Notes: generated by a model from the letters alone, not told the origin. Counted from the first letter of the stretch, positions 28,872 through 39,589 are shown. The stretch: 64,000 nucleotides of DNA from Candidatus Ozemobacteraceae bacterium (GCA_965140445.1 OZ223236.1:1952001-2016000); one strand, 5' to 3'. Translations and numbers: made by a program.

Positions 28872-31800
28872 GTGATAGAACCCAAACTATTTGTAGGGAT
28901 TGGTGCTTCAGCGGGTGGGTTAGAGGCGATAGAAAAATTTTTCTGTTCTGTTCCTGATAATACTGGAATGGCCTTTGTTGTTATTCAACATTTATCTCCA
29001 GATTACAAAAGCCTCATGGTTGAGTTGCTTTCAAAAAAAACAAGTCTCAGGGTCCTCAGGGCAGAGGACCAGATGGTGGTAGAGGCTGATTCTGTATATT
29101 TAATTCCGCCAAAAAAGAATATGACTATTTTTCACGGTAAGCTTTTGCTAACCGATCAAAAGCCTAGACAAGGGCTAAATTTACCTATTGATATATTTTT
29201 AAATTCCTTGGCAGAAGATCAGAGTATGAAATCTGCGGCTGTTATTTTGTCAGGAACCGGCAGCGATGGTATGCGCGGAGTTAAGGCAATAAAGGAAGCT
29301 GGCGGGTTGATTCTTGTTCAAAGTGAGGATTCTGCTAAGTTCGATGGGATGCCAAGAAGCGCTATCTCTACCGGTTTGGCAGATTTTGTTGTTCCGCCGG
29401 AAGATATGTCGGACATTTTACAAAAGTGTGTTGCCAACTCAGGTAAAATTCCCACAAACCTTATAGATGCAGAAAAAATAGACCAGGAGCATCTTACCAG
29501 AATTTTTTCTCTTTTGCGTGGTAGAACTTCAGTTGATTTTACCTATTATAAGCCCAGTACCATTCTTAGAAGGCTAGATCGCAGAATGAGTTTGAATCAA
29601 ATTCATGAATTATGCGATTACGTGAGGTTTCTTGAGACCAATCCTGCTGAAGTTGGAGTTTTGTATAAAGAATTGCTGATCGGGGTTACCAGCTTTTTTA
29701 GAGATTCTGAAACTTTCGATTTTATTGAAAAAGAAATTATTCCAAAAATTTTTGAAACTGCGGGTGATGATGGAATAAGAATCTGGGTCAGCGGTTGTTC
29801 AACAGGAGAAGAAGCTTATTCATATGCAATGATGTTTTCCGAGTATATGGAAGCCCATTCAATTAATACTGAAGTGAAAATTTTTGCTACTGATATTGAT
29901 AAAGATTCTATACTATATGCCGGAAATGGAGTCTATCCTGAGAGCTCTGCTGCTGAAATGAGCCAGAGTAGAGTGCTGAAATTCTTTCATCACCGCGGAA
30001 ATAAACTCCATATAGTAAGAAATATTAGAGAAATGGTTGTTTTTGCTCAGCATAATCTGGTTAAAGACCCTCCTTTTACGAATGTAAATCTGGTTTCATG
30101 TAGAAATTTACTGATATATCTCCAGCCTGTTTTGCAAAAAAAAGCTATGGCAATGTTCCAATTTGCATTAAAAACAAAGGGAAATGGCTTTCTTATTCTT
30201 GGCTCAAGTGAGACTACTGGTGATATGGGTGATTGCTTTGAACCGCTTGAAAGAAAGTTGCGAATTTATAAAAAAATTGGAGAAACAAGAGTTTCTTATG
30301 AAAACAATTTTCTAAGCAACTTTATTCGCGGATCTGAGAAAAGAAAATTTGATGTTAGACCTTCAAGTAGAGTTCACATTGCCAACGATGAGAGATTGTT
30401 AGACAGGTTTCTTCAATCTCTTCCAGATAATGATTTGATTCTTGCGGTGTTTGTTAATGAAGGCTCTGAAATATTGTATGTCGCAGGGAATTCAAACGGA
30501 ATTCTTGAAATCCCCGGTGGAAGAATGAGTCATGATTTGAACAAGGTTGTGTGCAGGGGTATTGCAATTCCGATTGCTACCGGCTTACAGAAGCTATTAA
30601 CAACCGGTGAAGAAGTTTTTTATAAAAAAGTTAAATTTCAATTAAACGGTGTAGATACAAATATAAACATAAATTTGCGCCTGGTTCCTCAACGAAAAGG
30701 ACAGGAAAAATTAGTTGCCATTTTGTTTAAGAGAACAAATCTGATCGAAGAAGTTCCGCAAATGGATGGAAAAGATTCATTTGATATGAGTCAGGAATCA
30801 GAACAGAGAATCTCGGATCTTGAACAGGAATTACAGTTTACAAAAGAAAATCTTCAGGCAACCATTGAGGAACTTGAAACCTCTAATGAAGAGCTTCAAG
30901 CCACCAATGAAGAATTGTTATCCTCTAATGAAGAATTACAAAGTACAAATGAAGAGCTTCAGTCTGTTAACGAAGAACTATTTACGGTTAACTCAGAATA
31001 CCAACAAAAAATTATTGAATTGACTGAACTTAACAACGACATAGACAACTTGTTTTCAGCTACCAATATCGGCACCATTTTTCTTGATGAGAATCTTGAA
31101 ATTAGAAAATTTACTTCAAATGTTTGCGATGTTTTGAAGATTCTGGATCACGATGTGGGAAGACCTTTTTCTCAGCTATGTCATCATATTGGATCTGTAA
31201 ATCTTATGGCGATTATTAAAAAGGTTGAGAAAACCAGAAGAACAGAATCTGTAGAATTTCAAAATACTGATGGGAAATGGTATTTGGCAAAGGTTTTGCC
31301 TTACCGGATTTCAGCAAAATATGTTTCTGGAATAGTTGTTTCCTTTTTAAACATTGAGGAATTTAAGACAATAGAAAAGAGATTGTTCCGCGAAAAAGAG
31401 CTATTTGGAAAAGTTGGCCAACTGGCAAAAATTGGTGGATGGGAATTGGATTTGAAAACTGAAAGAACATATTGGTCCGATGAAATTTACAGCCTTTATG
31501 GTATTTCCAGAGAGCAAAAACCTGAGGAAGTAGCCGGGCAGATGTCCTTTTATAAACCGGATGCTCAGAAAGAGCTCGCGGAGGCTATTGAAAAAACAAA
31601 AGTTGACGGAAAACTATTCGATCTAACCCTTCCTTTTAAAAATGCCCAGGGAGAAGACATGTGGGTCAGGATTAGGGGACGAGGGTATAAGAGAAACGGA
31701 GAAATTTCTGTTATTCAAGGTACCTTCCAGGATGTCTCTGATATTCGCAGACAAGTGGCTCAAAAAGATAAAGAAAAGATTTTGATTGATGTAATTTATG

Positions 31801-32270
31801 AATTGAGTTCATTTGAAGGAAAACAGAAATTAGAAGCGGAAAAATATGTTGGAGAAAAAGTTTCCAGGCTTGTTGGCAATGCCTGCTTTGATTCCTGCTT
31901 AGTAGCCCTGGTTGAAAAAAAATCCCTAAATGTTGTTTTTGCTGAAAACCGCGAAGGCAGAAAACTTGAAGTCGGTTCTTTAAATTTAAAAGAATCACTA
32001 GAAGACTTATCTGCTTCCATTTCAAATTCCAAAGAGTTCTCAGAAATTTTTGAAAAACCGGATTTCGAAAAATTGTCTGCTTTTTTTAAAAATTCCGAAC
32101 CCAAGCTGTTCCCAATTTCTATTCGGGGAAAGTTTTTTGGGATTCTTGTTGTAACTCCAGGTGAGGAAATTGAATCGCAGGTCTTCTGTGAGGAATTTTT
32201 GACTAAGCTGGCAAGGAATATTGCGTTTTGTTTTTTTCTTGTCGGTGAAGAGTTGGGTGCAGATTTATGA
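28872..32270 (+). CDS. CheB methylesterase-CheR methyltransferase fusion with coiled coil and PAS domains (no kinase domain)
   Basis: GASAGG, QHLSP and LSGTGSDG CheB triad; GCSTGEEAYS, ATDID, SCRNLLIY; (ST)NEEL heptads; two PAS domains. GTG start after GAGGT. Confidence 0.92.
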   Translation: MIEPKLFVGIGASAGGLEAIEKFFCSVPDNTGMAFVVIQHLSPDYKSLMVELLSKKTSLRVLRAEDQMVVEADSVYLIPPKKNMTIFHGKLLLTDQKPRQGLNLPIDIFLNSLAEDQSMKSAAVILSGTGSDGMRGVKAIKEAGGLILVQSEDSAKFDGMPRSAISTGLADFVVPPEDMSDILQKCVANSGKIPTNLIDAEKIDQEHLTRIFSLLRGRTSVDFTYYKPSTILRRLDRRMSLNQIHELCDYVRFLETNPAEVGVLYKELLIGVTSFFRDSETFDFIEKEIIPKIFETAGDDGIRIWVSGCSTGEEAYSYAMMFSEYMEAHSINTEVKIFATDIDKDSILYAGNGVYPESSAAEMSQSRVLKFFHHRGNKLHIVRNIREMVVFAQHNLVKDPPFTNVNLVSCRNLLIYLQPVLQKKAMAMFQFALKTKGNGFLILGSSETTGDMGDCFEPLERKLRIYKKIGETRVSYENNFLSNFIRGSEKRKFDVRPSSRVHIANDERLLDRFLQSLPDNDLILAVFVNEGSEILYVAGNSNGILEIPGGRMSHDLNKVVCRGIAIPIATGLQKLLTTGEEVFYKKVKFQLNGVDTNININLRLVPQRKGQEKLVAILFKRTNLIEEVPQMDGKDSFDMSQESEQRISDLEQELQFTKENLQATIEELETSNEELQATNEELLSSNEELQSTNEELQSVNEELFTVNSEYQQKIIELTELNNDIDNLFSATNIGTIFLDENLEIRKFTSNVCDVLKILDHDVGRPFSQLCHHIGSVNLMAIIKKVEKTRRTESVEFQNTDGKWYLAKVLPYRISAKYVSGIVVSFLNIEEFKTIEKRLFREKELFGKVGQLAKIGGWELDLKTERTYWSDEIYSLYGISREQKPEEVAGQMSFYKPDAQKELAEAIEKTKVDGKLFDLTLPFKNAQGEDMWVRIRGRGYKRNGEISVIQGTFQDVSDIRRQVAQKDKEKILIDVIYELSSFEGKQKLEAEKYVGEKVSRLVGNACFDSCLVALVEKKSLNVVFAENREGRKLEVGSLNLKESLEDLSASISNSKEFSEIFEKPDFEKLSAFFKNSEPKLFPISIRGKFFGILVVTPGEEIESQVFCEEFLTKLARNIAFCFFLVGEELGADL

Positions 32271-33994
32271 AAAAAGACAAATATAGAGAATTAAGGCTGA
32301 GAGCTGAAAAAGCAGTAAAAGACCCAGGTGTTACTAAAGATATGGCTCTGGATGATTTTAGCATTGAAGAAGCTGCTTCTGTCATTAACGAGCTTAGAGT
32401 ATATCAGGTTGAACTGGAAATCCAAAATGAAGAGCTGATAAAAAAACAGATTGAAATCGAGAAATCGAGGGATCAATACTGGAAATTGTTTCATTTATCA
32501 CCAGTTGGGTATCTTATGATTAATGAATCTGGCCTGATAATCGAGGCAAACACAACTTTTGGTAAAATGGTTGCGATGCCCAGAGATAAGATAATCGGAA
32601 AAGCATTGGTGAACTTTATCTCTAAAGAATTTCATGAATATTATTGGAGCCGATTTCGAAGCTTTTATAGGCAACCAAATGATAAAACTTTTGAAGTGCA
32701 GCTTTTAAATGAGAATAATGAATTATTCTGGGTTTTGATTTCAGGTTGCCCTTATTCTGAATCCAAGGCCGAGGATGATAGCCTTTTAATAAACATTATA
32801 AATATAGATTCTAAAAAACTTCTGGAGATTGAGCAAAAAAGACTTAATGACAGAATGAACCATTTTCAGAGATTGGAAAGCCTTGGGATATTGGCTGGCG
32901 GAATTGCTCATGATTTTAATAATATGCTAACAGTTATAAGAGCTAATGCTGAATTAATAAGCCTGAGGGATGAAATCTCCAAAAATTGCAGTTCGCAGTT
33001 AAATGACTTATTTTTGGCTGTTGATAGATCGGCAAAGCTTACTTCTCAAATGCTAACCTATGCAGGAAAGGGATTCTTTTCATTGCAATTGTCTGATATC
33101 GGAAGAGAAGTTGAACTTTTTAAACCCCTTTTGCGTTCATCAGTGTCTGCTGAGATCAACCTCAATATTTCCTATGAAAAATGCTGCTATGCAGAGTGTG
33201 ATGTCAGCCAGATTCATCAGATTCTAATGAATTCTGTAATTAACGCATCTGAAGCAATTAGTCCCAATTATGGAAACATTGAATTGAAGGTTTATACAAC
33301 CAGACTTGAAAATTTTAACTTTGATAACTTTAAAGTTTTTCCCGAACTGCCTTTTGAAAAATATGTTTGCATCGAAATTAATGATGACGGCTGTGGAATA
33401 GATGCAGAAACGATGAATAAGATTTTTGATCCATTCTTCTCTACCAAATTTACTGGCAGAGGGTTGGGTATGGCGGCCGTGTTAGGCGTTGTGAAACAAC
33501 ATCTTGGTGGCATATATGCAGAAAGCAAACCCGGAGAGGGCAGCAGATTCTGTTATTTTATTCCTTTTGCCAAAAACAAGTGTCTGGAAGATGAAGCACT
33601 CCAGCCCAGAGCAGGCCAAAATAAGTTAGATTGGCAGGGAGTCGCATTGGTAATAGACGATGATGATAGCATTCGTGATGTCCAATGTGCGTTTTTAAGA
33701 AAGCTCGGCTTTAATCCATTTGTCGCAGGTGATGGACAATTGGGACTTTTAATGCTTGAAGAGTTGTCTGACGATGTTTCTATTCTTGTTCTCGATCTTT
33801 GTATGCCCAAACTTAACGGCTTGGATTTTTTTAGACGTCTTAGGGAGACAAGGAAAGAACTTCCTGTAATTTTTTGTACAGGACATGCACCAGACTCTAT
33901 CCCAGAAGAATTTTTGAACGAAAAAAATACTGGATTTCTTCCAAAGCCATTTTCATTTGAAGAACTGGAAAAGGTTATTGCCGAACTCTTATAA
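32267..33994 (+). CDS. PAS-domain hybrid sensor histidine kinase with receiver domain
   Basis: ELRVYQVELEIQNEEL coil, GGIAHDFNN H-box, NASEA, DDGCG, PFFSTK, GRGLG, receiver IDDD...LDL..P...KPF. Confidence 0.93.
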   Translation: MKKDKYRELRLRAEKAVKDPGVTKDMALDDFSIEEAASVINELRVYQVELEIQNEELIKKQIEIEKSRDQYWKLFHLSPVGYLMINESGLIIEANTTFGKMVAMPRDKIIGKALVNFISKEFHEYYWSRFRSFYRQPNDKTFEVQLLNENNELFWVLISGCPYSESKAEDDSLLINIINIDSKKLLEIEQKRLNDRMNHFQRLESLGILAGGIAHDFNNMLTVIRANAELISLRDEISKNCSSQLNDLFLAVDRSAKLTSQMLTYAGKGFFSLQLSDIGREVELFKPLLRSSVSAEINLNISYEKCCYAECDVSQIHQILMNSVINASEAISPNYGNIELKVYTTRLENFNFDNFKVFPELPFEKYVCIEINDDGCGIDAETMNKIFDPFFSTKFTGRGLGMAAVLGVVKQHLGGIYAESKPGEGSRFCYFIPFAKNKCLEDEALQPRAGQNKLDWQGVALVIDDDDSIRDVQCAFLRKLGFNPFVAGDGQLGLLMLEELSDDVSILVLDLCMPKLNGLDFFRRLRETRKELPVIFCTGHAPDSIPEEFLNEKNTGFLPKPFSFEELEKVIAELL

Positions 33995-34148
33995 TAGCAG
34001 GTCTCAAAGGGTTTTTTATCCAAACTTTATTGCTTATTGCTACTTTTCTCTGAAAAGTCTTTTTGCGCATGGAATTTCTATCAAAAACATTTATTAATTA
34101 AACCGGATCAAATAATTTCAAATTATTTTTATTGTTTTACGTCTTCCA

Positions 34149-34177
34149 TTGACGACTTCCCATTATATCCGTAAAAT
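34149..34177 (+). promoter_or_regulatory. Sigma70-type promoter
   Basis: TTGACG-17 nt-TAAAAT upstream of the AAGGAGG RBS of the next gene. Confidence 0.6.
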
Positions 34178-34226
34178 TAAACTTAAATTATTGTACTTCT
34201 CCTGTGGAAATTTGAAGGAGGCTTTT

Positions 34227-35024
34227 ATGAAAAGAGGTTTATACCTACTTTTATCGGTTACCGCGATTCTGGTAATTTTTACCAGTAGTCAACTTTTTGC
34301 CGCCGGTTCTGGTTTTGTACCAAAATGGAACGTTGGCGACGCATGGGCTCTTGAGGCTTCTTATAAAGACCTGAAGAATCCTGGTGATGTTTGGCTCCCG
34401 CCAATTAAATGGTTTTTTAAAGTAAGAGCAATTAAAGAAGCTTTCCGTCAGGAATGCTATGTTCTTCATATTTATCCACAAAGCAAACGTCTTAAGGTTC
34501 AGGCTGTTTTATGGTTAGCTGTAAACGACTTGAGACCGTTAAAGGTTATCGATATTTTCCCTTCTGGAAACAGCGTAAAAAGCGTTGAAAGAAGTGTTGA
34601 TCCGTATAATCCGAATCCATTGATTTCAGAAGATTCAATTGTACCTTACGATTTACCAGTATTTCCTTTGATTAAAAACGATGTTCAGAATGCTGATGGA
34701 TTTGATGCCTATCGTTCTGAAGCATCAACAAAGAAATATGCAAAGGTTACAAAAATTGGCGGCCTGTCCTTTAAAAAAACTTACGGACAGAAAAATAAAG
34801 CTCCAGATAAACAGCATGCAGATGCTTTCGCAGCATATAAACGCGGTGGGCAGACTTTCCAGGTTGAAATCGCTAAGGATAAAAGAGGCGGCAAAGGAAT
34901 TGTACAGCTTTGGCAGCAGGGATCACCTTGGGCCATTTCCTCAGAATCGAACGACAGAAAAGTTAAGCTTGTTCCACTTACCTCAAGATCTAACGCTCCA
35001 GAATCTAATGGAGGTGATGAGTAA
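34227..35024 (+). CDS. Secreted hypothetical protein
   Basis: AAGGAGG RBS, then MKRGLY... signal peptide; PKWNVGDAW motif; stop overlaps the next ATG. Confidence 0.7.
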   Translation: MKRGLYLLLSVTAILVIFTSSQLFAAGSGFVPKWNVGDAWALEASYKDLKNPGDVWLPPIKWFFKVRAIKEAFRQECYVLHIYPQSKRLKVQAVLWLAVNDLRPLKVIDIFPSGNSVKSVERSVDPYNPNPLISEDSIVPYDLPVFPLIKNDVQNADGFDAYRSEASTKKYAKVTKIGGLSFKKTYGQKNKAPDKQHADAFAAYKRGGQTFQVEIAKDKRGGKGIVQLWQQGSPWAISSESNDRKVKLVPLTSRSNAPESNGGDE

Positions 35025-36007
35025 TGAAAAAGGTATTAGCACTCATTCTACTCGTATCACTCTTTTCACCACTTGTTGCAATGGCCGAAGACTCTGCTAG
35101 TGGCGAAATTAAACCAGCTCCATGGTCAGGTGACTGGTGGTCACGAAAGAAAGGCTTCCTTGTAAAAGGGTGGCCTGGACACAGTCCATCACCATTTGAA
35201 AAATTTGACGCTTATGTTGAATCCAGAACTGGAAGAAACCCTGGCGTTCACGCATGGGAAAGCAATAAAAAGAATGGCCACTACAATCCTAAAGCCGAAA
35301 ATTGGGAAGGCCACTGCAACGGATGGTCAGCAGCTTCAATTCTTTGCCCGGAACCAAGAAAAACTCACGTGAGAAACGGTATTGAGTTTAAAACTGCCGA
35401 TCAAAAAGGTATTCTTGCCGAAATGCACATGAATACCTACTGTAAGTTCTATGGTAACAGAAACTGGGGCAGACCTAACGATGATGAAGATGATATTTAT
35501 CCAGATGAATTTCACAGACTCCTCATGGAATACATCGCATCAGGTAAGAGTGCTATAATTTGTGATACCTCTTATGATGAACAGGTGTGGAACTTCCCTC
35601 TTTATAAATTTGAATCCTCGTGGTCAACTGGTTGGCTTGATGACTCAAAATTAAAAGTTAAAACCACTGTTTATTATGCAGATGATGGAGTTAGACCTGA
35701 CTTTATCGGAACCAAATGGTTCAGCACAACTTATACATACAATCTGTTCCTTGATGAAAATGGAAACATTGTAGAAGGCGAATGGACTGGCTCGTCTAAG
35801 AGAAACCACCCTGATTTCGTGTGGGTTCCAAATGCCGATGCTCCAAATCCAAACGGTTCAAATCAGGAAAATCCTAATATTGATCCAAAATTCGTAAAAG
35901 AGATTACTGATGGACCTGAAAATCAGGATTTCAGAGATGGAACTGAATTCAGAACTCCTGATGCAGTTATCATGGAAGCCGGATTGGACCCTCAAGAACT
36001 TTTCTAA
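35024..36007 (+). CDS. Secreted transglutaminase-elicitor (GP42/TGase_elicitor)-like protein
   Basis: Signal peptide; PWSGDWW, WEGHCNGWSAASI..EP, P..FH, D..YDEQVWNFP, GEW...HPDFVW motifs recalled as typical of this family. Confidence 0.75.
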   Translation: MKKVLALILLVSLFSPLVAMAEDSASGEIKPAPWSGDWWSRKKGFLVKGWPGHSPSPFEKFDAYVESRTGRNPGVHAWESNKKNGHYNPKAENWEGHCNGWSAASILCPEPRKTHVRNGIEFKTADQKGILAEMHMNTYCKFYGNRNWGRPNDDEDDIYPDEFHRLLMEYIASGKSAIICDTSYDEQVWNFPLYKFESSWSTGWLDDSKLKVKTTVYYADDGVRPDFIGTKWFSTTYTYNLFLDENGNIVEGEWTGSSKRNHPDFVWVPNADAPNPNGSNQENPNIDPKFVKEITDGPENQDFRDGTEFRTPDAVIMEAGLDPQELF

Positions 36008-36016
36008 GTTAAATCT

Positions 36017-36058
36017 AAAAAAAAACAGGTCGGTTTCTTTACCGGCCTGTTTTTTTTT
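36017..36058. terminator. Intrinsic terminator (A-run and T-run flanks)
   Basis: ACAGGTCGGT-TTCTTT-ACCGGCCTGT between poly-A and poly-T. Confidence 0.85.
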
Positions 36059-36113
36059 GCATATCATGAATTTTTTCTGATTTTTTGTTAGTATTCACGT
36101 ATTAAGGGAAAGA

Positions 36114-36617
36114 ATGAAAAATATAGAAAAAAGTAAAACATCTATGTTCAGAAACAGTAAAACTGCAATGACTTTTGTTGAAATAATGATTGCAGGATTA
36201 CTGATGATAGTGCTTTTCATAATTGGCTGGACTATTTCGACAAGTTTTACCGGTGTAAAAAAAGTCAGAAATTATGAAACTGCCGTTTTTCTGGCGAACC
36301 AGGCGATTGAGTCAGTTAGAGCTGCAAGATCCCGGGAGTTGGGAAGTGATCATGATAAAAGAAAAAACACTCTGATTTCAGATTTTTCTTCTGCTAATAA
36401 CATTTTTGACCACAAAAATGGAGAAGGGTTCGTCCCCGTTGTTGAAATTGGTGGAATTGAATACAAAAGAAAAGTTAGTATTATCGATATTCCATCTTCA
36501 AATAAGGATATAGCTCCTGAGCTTAAACTAATAAAGGTTCTTGTTAGTTGGAAAGCCAGAGATGATGGAAAACCGATTGAGTTTGAAGTGGTAACAACTC
36601 ACTGCGAGCAATGGTAA
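36114..36617 (+). CDS. Pilin/pseudopilin-like protein (PilV-like)
   Basis: KTA|MTFVEIMIA class III-like signal with Glu at +5; LKLIKVLVSW C-terminal strand. Confidence 0.75.
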   Translation: MKNIEKSKTSMFRNSKTAMTFVEIMIAGLLMIVLFIIGWTISTSFTGVKKVRNYETAVFLANQAIESVRAARSRELGSDHDKRKNTLISDFSSANNIFDHKNGEGFVPVVEIGGIEYKRKVSIIDIPSSNKDIAPELKLIKVLVSWKARDDGKPIEFEVVTTHCEQW

Positions 36618-37339
36618 AAATACTTAAAAAACTAAAACAGAAAAAAGGTATTACTCTGGTAGAAATTGTAATCGCCAGCAGTCTTTTCATGCTCCTGATG
36701 GTTGCGGCCTATCGTCTTTTTTTTGCTGAGGTTATCTCAATTAGAACAGCTTTAGAGCACATTGGAGTTAATGAAAGTGCCAGGCGTTTCTTTGCACATC
36801 TGGGAAATGACATCAGAAACGCAAATTGGATAGAATTTCCAGAGCAGACAAATCGCCAGACGGTATCAGTTCTTCCTACTGTATCAGAGGGAAAGGTCTG
36901 CACATTGTTGAGGCAGGTTCTGGACTTTCAAGTTAAGCCGCCTGACCCTTCATTTATTAAAATTGAAAGAATTGAGTATTTCCTGAAAAAGGCCAAGGAC
37001 GGCTCCAGCGATCTTTATAAAAAAGTTTTCTCTGAGGCACAAGGCGGCCCGGAAGCAAGGAAAAAAGTTGAATATGAAAAGCTGGTGTGTGATGGGATAA
37101 AAGATCTTGTCCTATTTAGAACCATCAGAAAGCCGGCCACAATTTCAAACTTTTCAGCGGCTGTTCCATTTAAAAACCTGCTTTCATACGAGCCTTACGA
37201 TCTGGACGGAACTGGCCCATATCTTGTTCACGTCAGAGCTACTTTTATAAGAAAAGGGAAAGATCGTGGCGAGGGTGGGGCGCATCATGTTAAAACCAGC
37301 TTTTGCGTTAGAGGCAAACTTAACGGAGTCCACCCATGA
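36611..37339 (+). CDS. Pilin/pseudopilin-like protein (PilW/PulJ-like)
   Basis: KKG|ITLVEIVIA; L.NDIRNA motif. Confidence 0.82.
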   Translation: MVKILKKLKQKKGITLVEIVIASSLFMLLMVAAYRLFFAEVISIRTALEHIGVNESARRFFAHLGNDIRNANWIEFPEQTNRQTVSVLPTVSEGKVCTLLRQVLDFQVKPPDPSFIKIERIEYFLKKAKDGSSDLYKKVFSEAQGGPEARKKVEYEKLVCDGIKDLVLFRTIRKPATISNFSAAVPFKNLLSYEPYDLDGTGPYLVHVRATFIRKGKDRGEGGAHHVKTSFCVRGKLNGVHP

Positions 37340-39552
37340 GAAAAGTGTCTTTAAATAGCCGAGGACAAGCCTTAATTGTGATCCTGATGATATGTCTGGT
37401 TCTGGGAATACTTGGCGGTGCAGTTTTAAACTTTCAACGTGGGCAAATTAATCTGGTTTCCAGATCTGCAAAGGACTTTCTCGCTCTATGTGTTGCGGAA
37501 GCCGGATTAAACGCAGTCATGGCCGAAATGAAGGCTGACTATCAATTTGTTACCCATGGAAATCCTTATGTTCCACAAAAAGGCTGGGGATCACCGGCTA
37601 CACATAAATATCTTGTCGTGAAGAGTTTTGACGCTCTTAAGATTGATAGCAATGCTTCTGGTGATTACACCGGCTCGGTAAATCTTGAAAAAATGCATCT
37701 AAAAGGTGATTTTAAGGTCAGAATCAAACTAATTGGGGCTAAAAATAGTTTAGATTCACTTACTGTTGATGAATCACACCGATATTTCCTTCTCGAAGCC
37801 TATGGCAGAGTTGATGGAGCCTGTAGAAAGATTTCGACTGTTGTTGAAAAAATACTTCCGGGAAACTTTCTACTTTATGATGGGCAGTTTTTGGATGTGG
37901 GAGAATATGGCCCTTATAGAGTTATCTCGGGAGAGATGAATGTTGGCCGTTTGTATGGACATGATCTGTTGATGTTTTCCCGTCGAGGTCCATTGGATAG
38001 GGGAGTAGAACTTCAAAAAATGGAACGAATATCTACTCCCGGCCACATTAAAGCCTATGCTTCTACGCAGGTTGAATTTAGTAACGGAAAGCGCGGAACA
38101 ATTAAATCTGACAATGATTCTTCCCGACCTGAAAAATTTGATTCTCACCCTGTAATGGCCGGTAAAAAGATGATTGATCAGTATGTATTAGATGGTTATC
38201 ACGGAGGAAAACCCGCCAGATTACCACCCTTAAACCCTGAATACTATAAAAATGCTAAAAAACCTAAACCCGATTTTTTAAGACCGGGTGCCAGTTACAA
38301 AGGCTTTAAAGAGTCAAAGTGGAGAAATCCTGCCAAGCCAGATGAAGTAGTCTATGACCTGTTTTTTGGTTGGGATTATAAGAACGCGGAAGACAAGGTT
38401 CTTTTGTATTCTTCTGTCCCATTAAGAATCTGGGGAAATCCGCCAGTAAAGAGTATGACAATCTTTTGCGAAAAAGATGTTTATATTGCCGGTGATTTTA
38501 ATGCTAATCGCGAAAATCCTCAAAACTATACTCTTGGTTTCAAAGATTACACAAACGAACTGCGAAATGGCACTGATAAAAATGGTGTGGCTGTTTTATC
38601 TATGGGAAGAATCTGGTTCGATTATTCCAATCCATTGAATTTTTTACGTAACGAACTTATGACTCTTATTGATTACGAAATTGCTCTGACGCTGGCCGAT
38701 GAAAATATCAGCGAAATGGTTTTGGCACCGATTGTCTATCCCCCAAGGTTTAAAACAACTTCTTCTGATAAAAGATTGCCAATGACAGCCCTGAACTTTA
38801 CGGCAATCAGCAAGCTTTTTGCTCTTCCAAAACAGCCACCTGAAATATTTGCAGCTAATATGGCCAGGGTGGGGCTACACTCATCCCTTTCAAAGCTCAG
38901 AGATTATTTTCAAACTTCAATAAAACCTGAAGAATATAAAAATAGATTTAGTATCAAAAGCCGTTCTGAACGAACAAAAGTTTATGTTGGAATTGGTGAG
39001 AGGGCTTTCATGACGGGCATTGTTCTTAAGGGAGCGCGGGACGGAATAATTGAATCTGTTTTAGATCAATCCTATAAAGAAATCACAGAAGGAGAGCCGG
39101 ACCCCACACTTGGCCCATGGAATGCTCCTGACAGACTTTTCAAAATAGCAGTTAAAAGACCAAAAACAGGATTTAAAATTCCAGAGATGACTGTAAATGC
39201 ACTGTTGGTTGATTCTTCAGAACTAAATGCCAGATGGTTGCCAGGAAACAAAACGTTGAAAGTTCGCTGCGAACTTGGCAACATTGCGCATCCTGCTATG
39301 AACAGTCTTCCTTTTTTGAGTAAAAACTCAAGAATGGTTTTAAGGCATTATGGGGGCATGATCCATCTCAGGAATCGCCCGGGAAAACCCTTTCTAACTG
39401 GATCATTAAGAAACGACCAGCCGATTGTAAGAAGAATGGTTTATGATAAAACCTATGTAAGAGGTGGAGGAGATTACTTCCCGCCCTACATGCCTGCAGG
39501 CTTTAGTGTCATTAGTTGGACAGATGAGTCTGTTCCTGCAAGTGAGTTTTGA
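37336..39552 (+). CDS. Large PilX/PulK-like minor pilin
   Basis: SRG|QALIVILMI (no Glu at +5, as in PilX/GspK) and AL.VAEAGLN motif; 738 aa. Confidence 0.72.
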   Translation: MRKVSLNSRGQALIVILMICLVLGILGGAVLNFQRGQINLVSRSAKDFLALCVAEAGLNAVMAEMKADYQFVTHGNPYVPQKGWGSPATHKYLVVKSFDALKIDSNASGDYTGSVNLEKMHLKGDFKVRIKLIGAKNSLDSLTVDESHRYFLLEAYGRVDGACRKISTVVEKILPGNFLLYDGQFLDVGEYGPYRVISGEMNVGRLYGHDLLMFSRRGPLDRGVELQKMERISTPGHIKAYASTQVEFSNGKRGTIKSDNDSSRPEKFDSHPVMAGKKMIDQYVLDGYHGGKPARLPPLNPEYYKNAKKPKPDFLRPGASYKGFKESKWRNPAKPDEVVYDLFFGWDYKNAEDKVLLYSSVPLRIWGNPPVKSMTIFCEKDVYIAGDFNANRENPQNYTLGFKDYTNELRNGTDKNGVAVLSMGRIWFDYSNPLNFLRNELMTLIDYEIALTLADENISEMVLAPIVYPPRFKTTSSDKRLPMTALNFTAISKLFALPKQPPEIFAANMARVGLHSSLSKLRDYFQTSIKPEEYKNRFSIKSRSERTKVYVGIGERAFMTGIVLKGARDGIIESVLDQSYKEITEGEPDPTLGPWNAPDRLFKIAVKRPKTGFKIPEMTVNALLVDSSELNARWLPGNKTLKVRCELGNIAHPAMNSLPFLSKNSRMVLRHYGGMIHLRNRPGKPFLTGSLRNDQPIVRRMVYDKTYVRGGGDYFPPYMPAGFSVISWTDESVPASEF

Positions 39553-39589
39553 TAACACTAAAAATAGACAACTAAATGTCTCTATGGCA

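Noticed and set aside
30866..30980. 21-nt periodic repeats (AATGAAGA...)
   Set aside because: They encode the (S/T)NEELQ coiled-coil heptads of the CheB/CheR fusion; not a DNA-level element.
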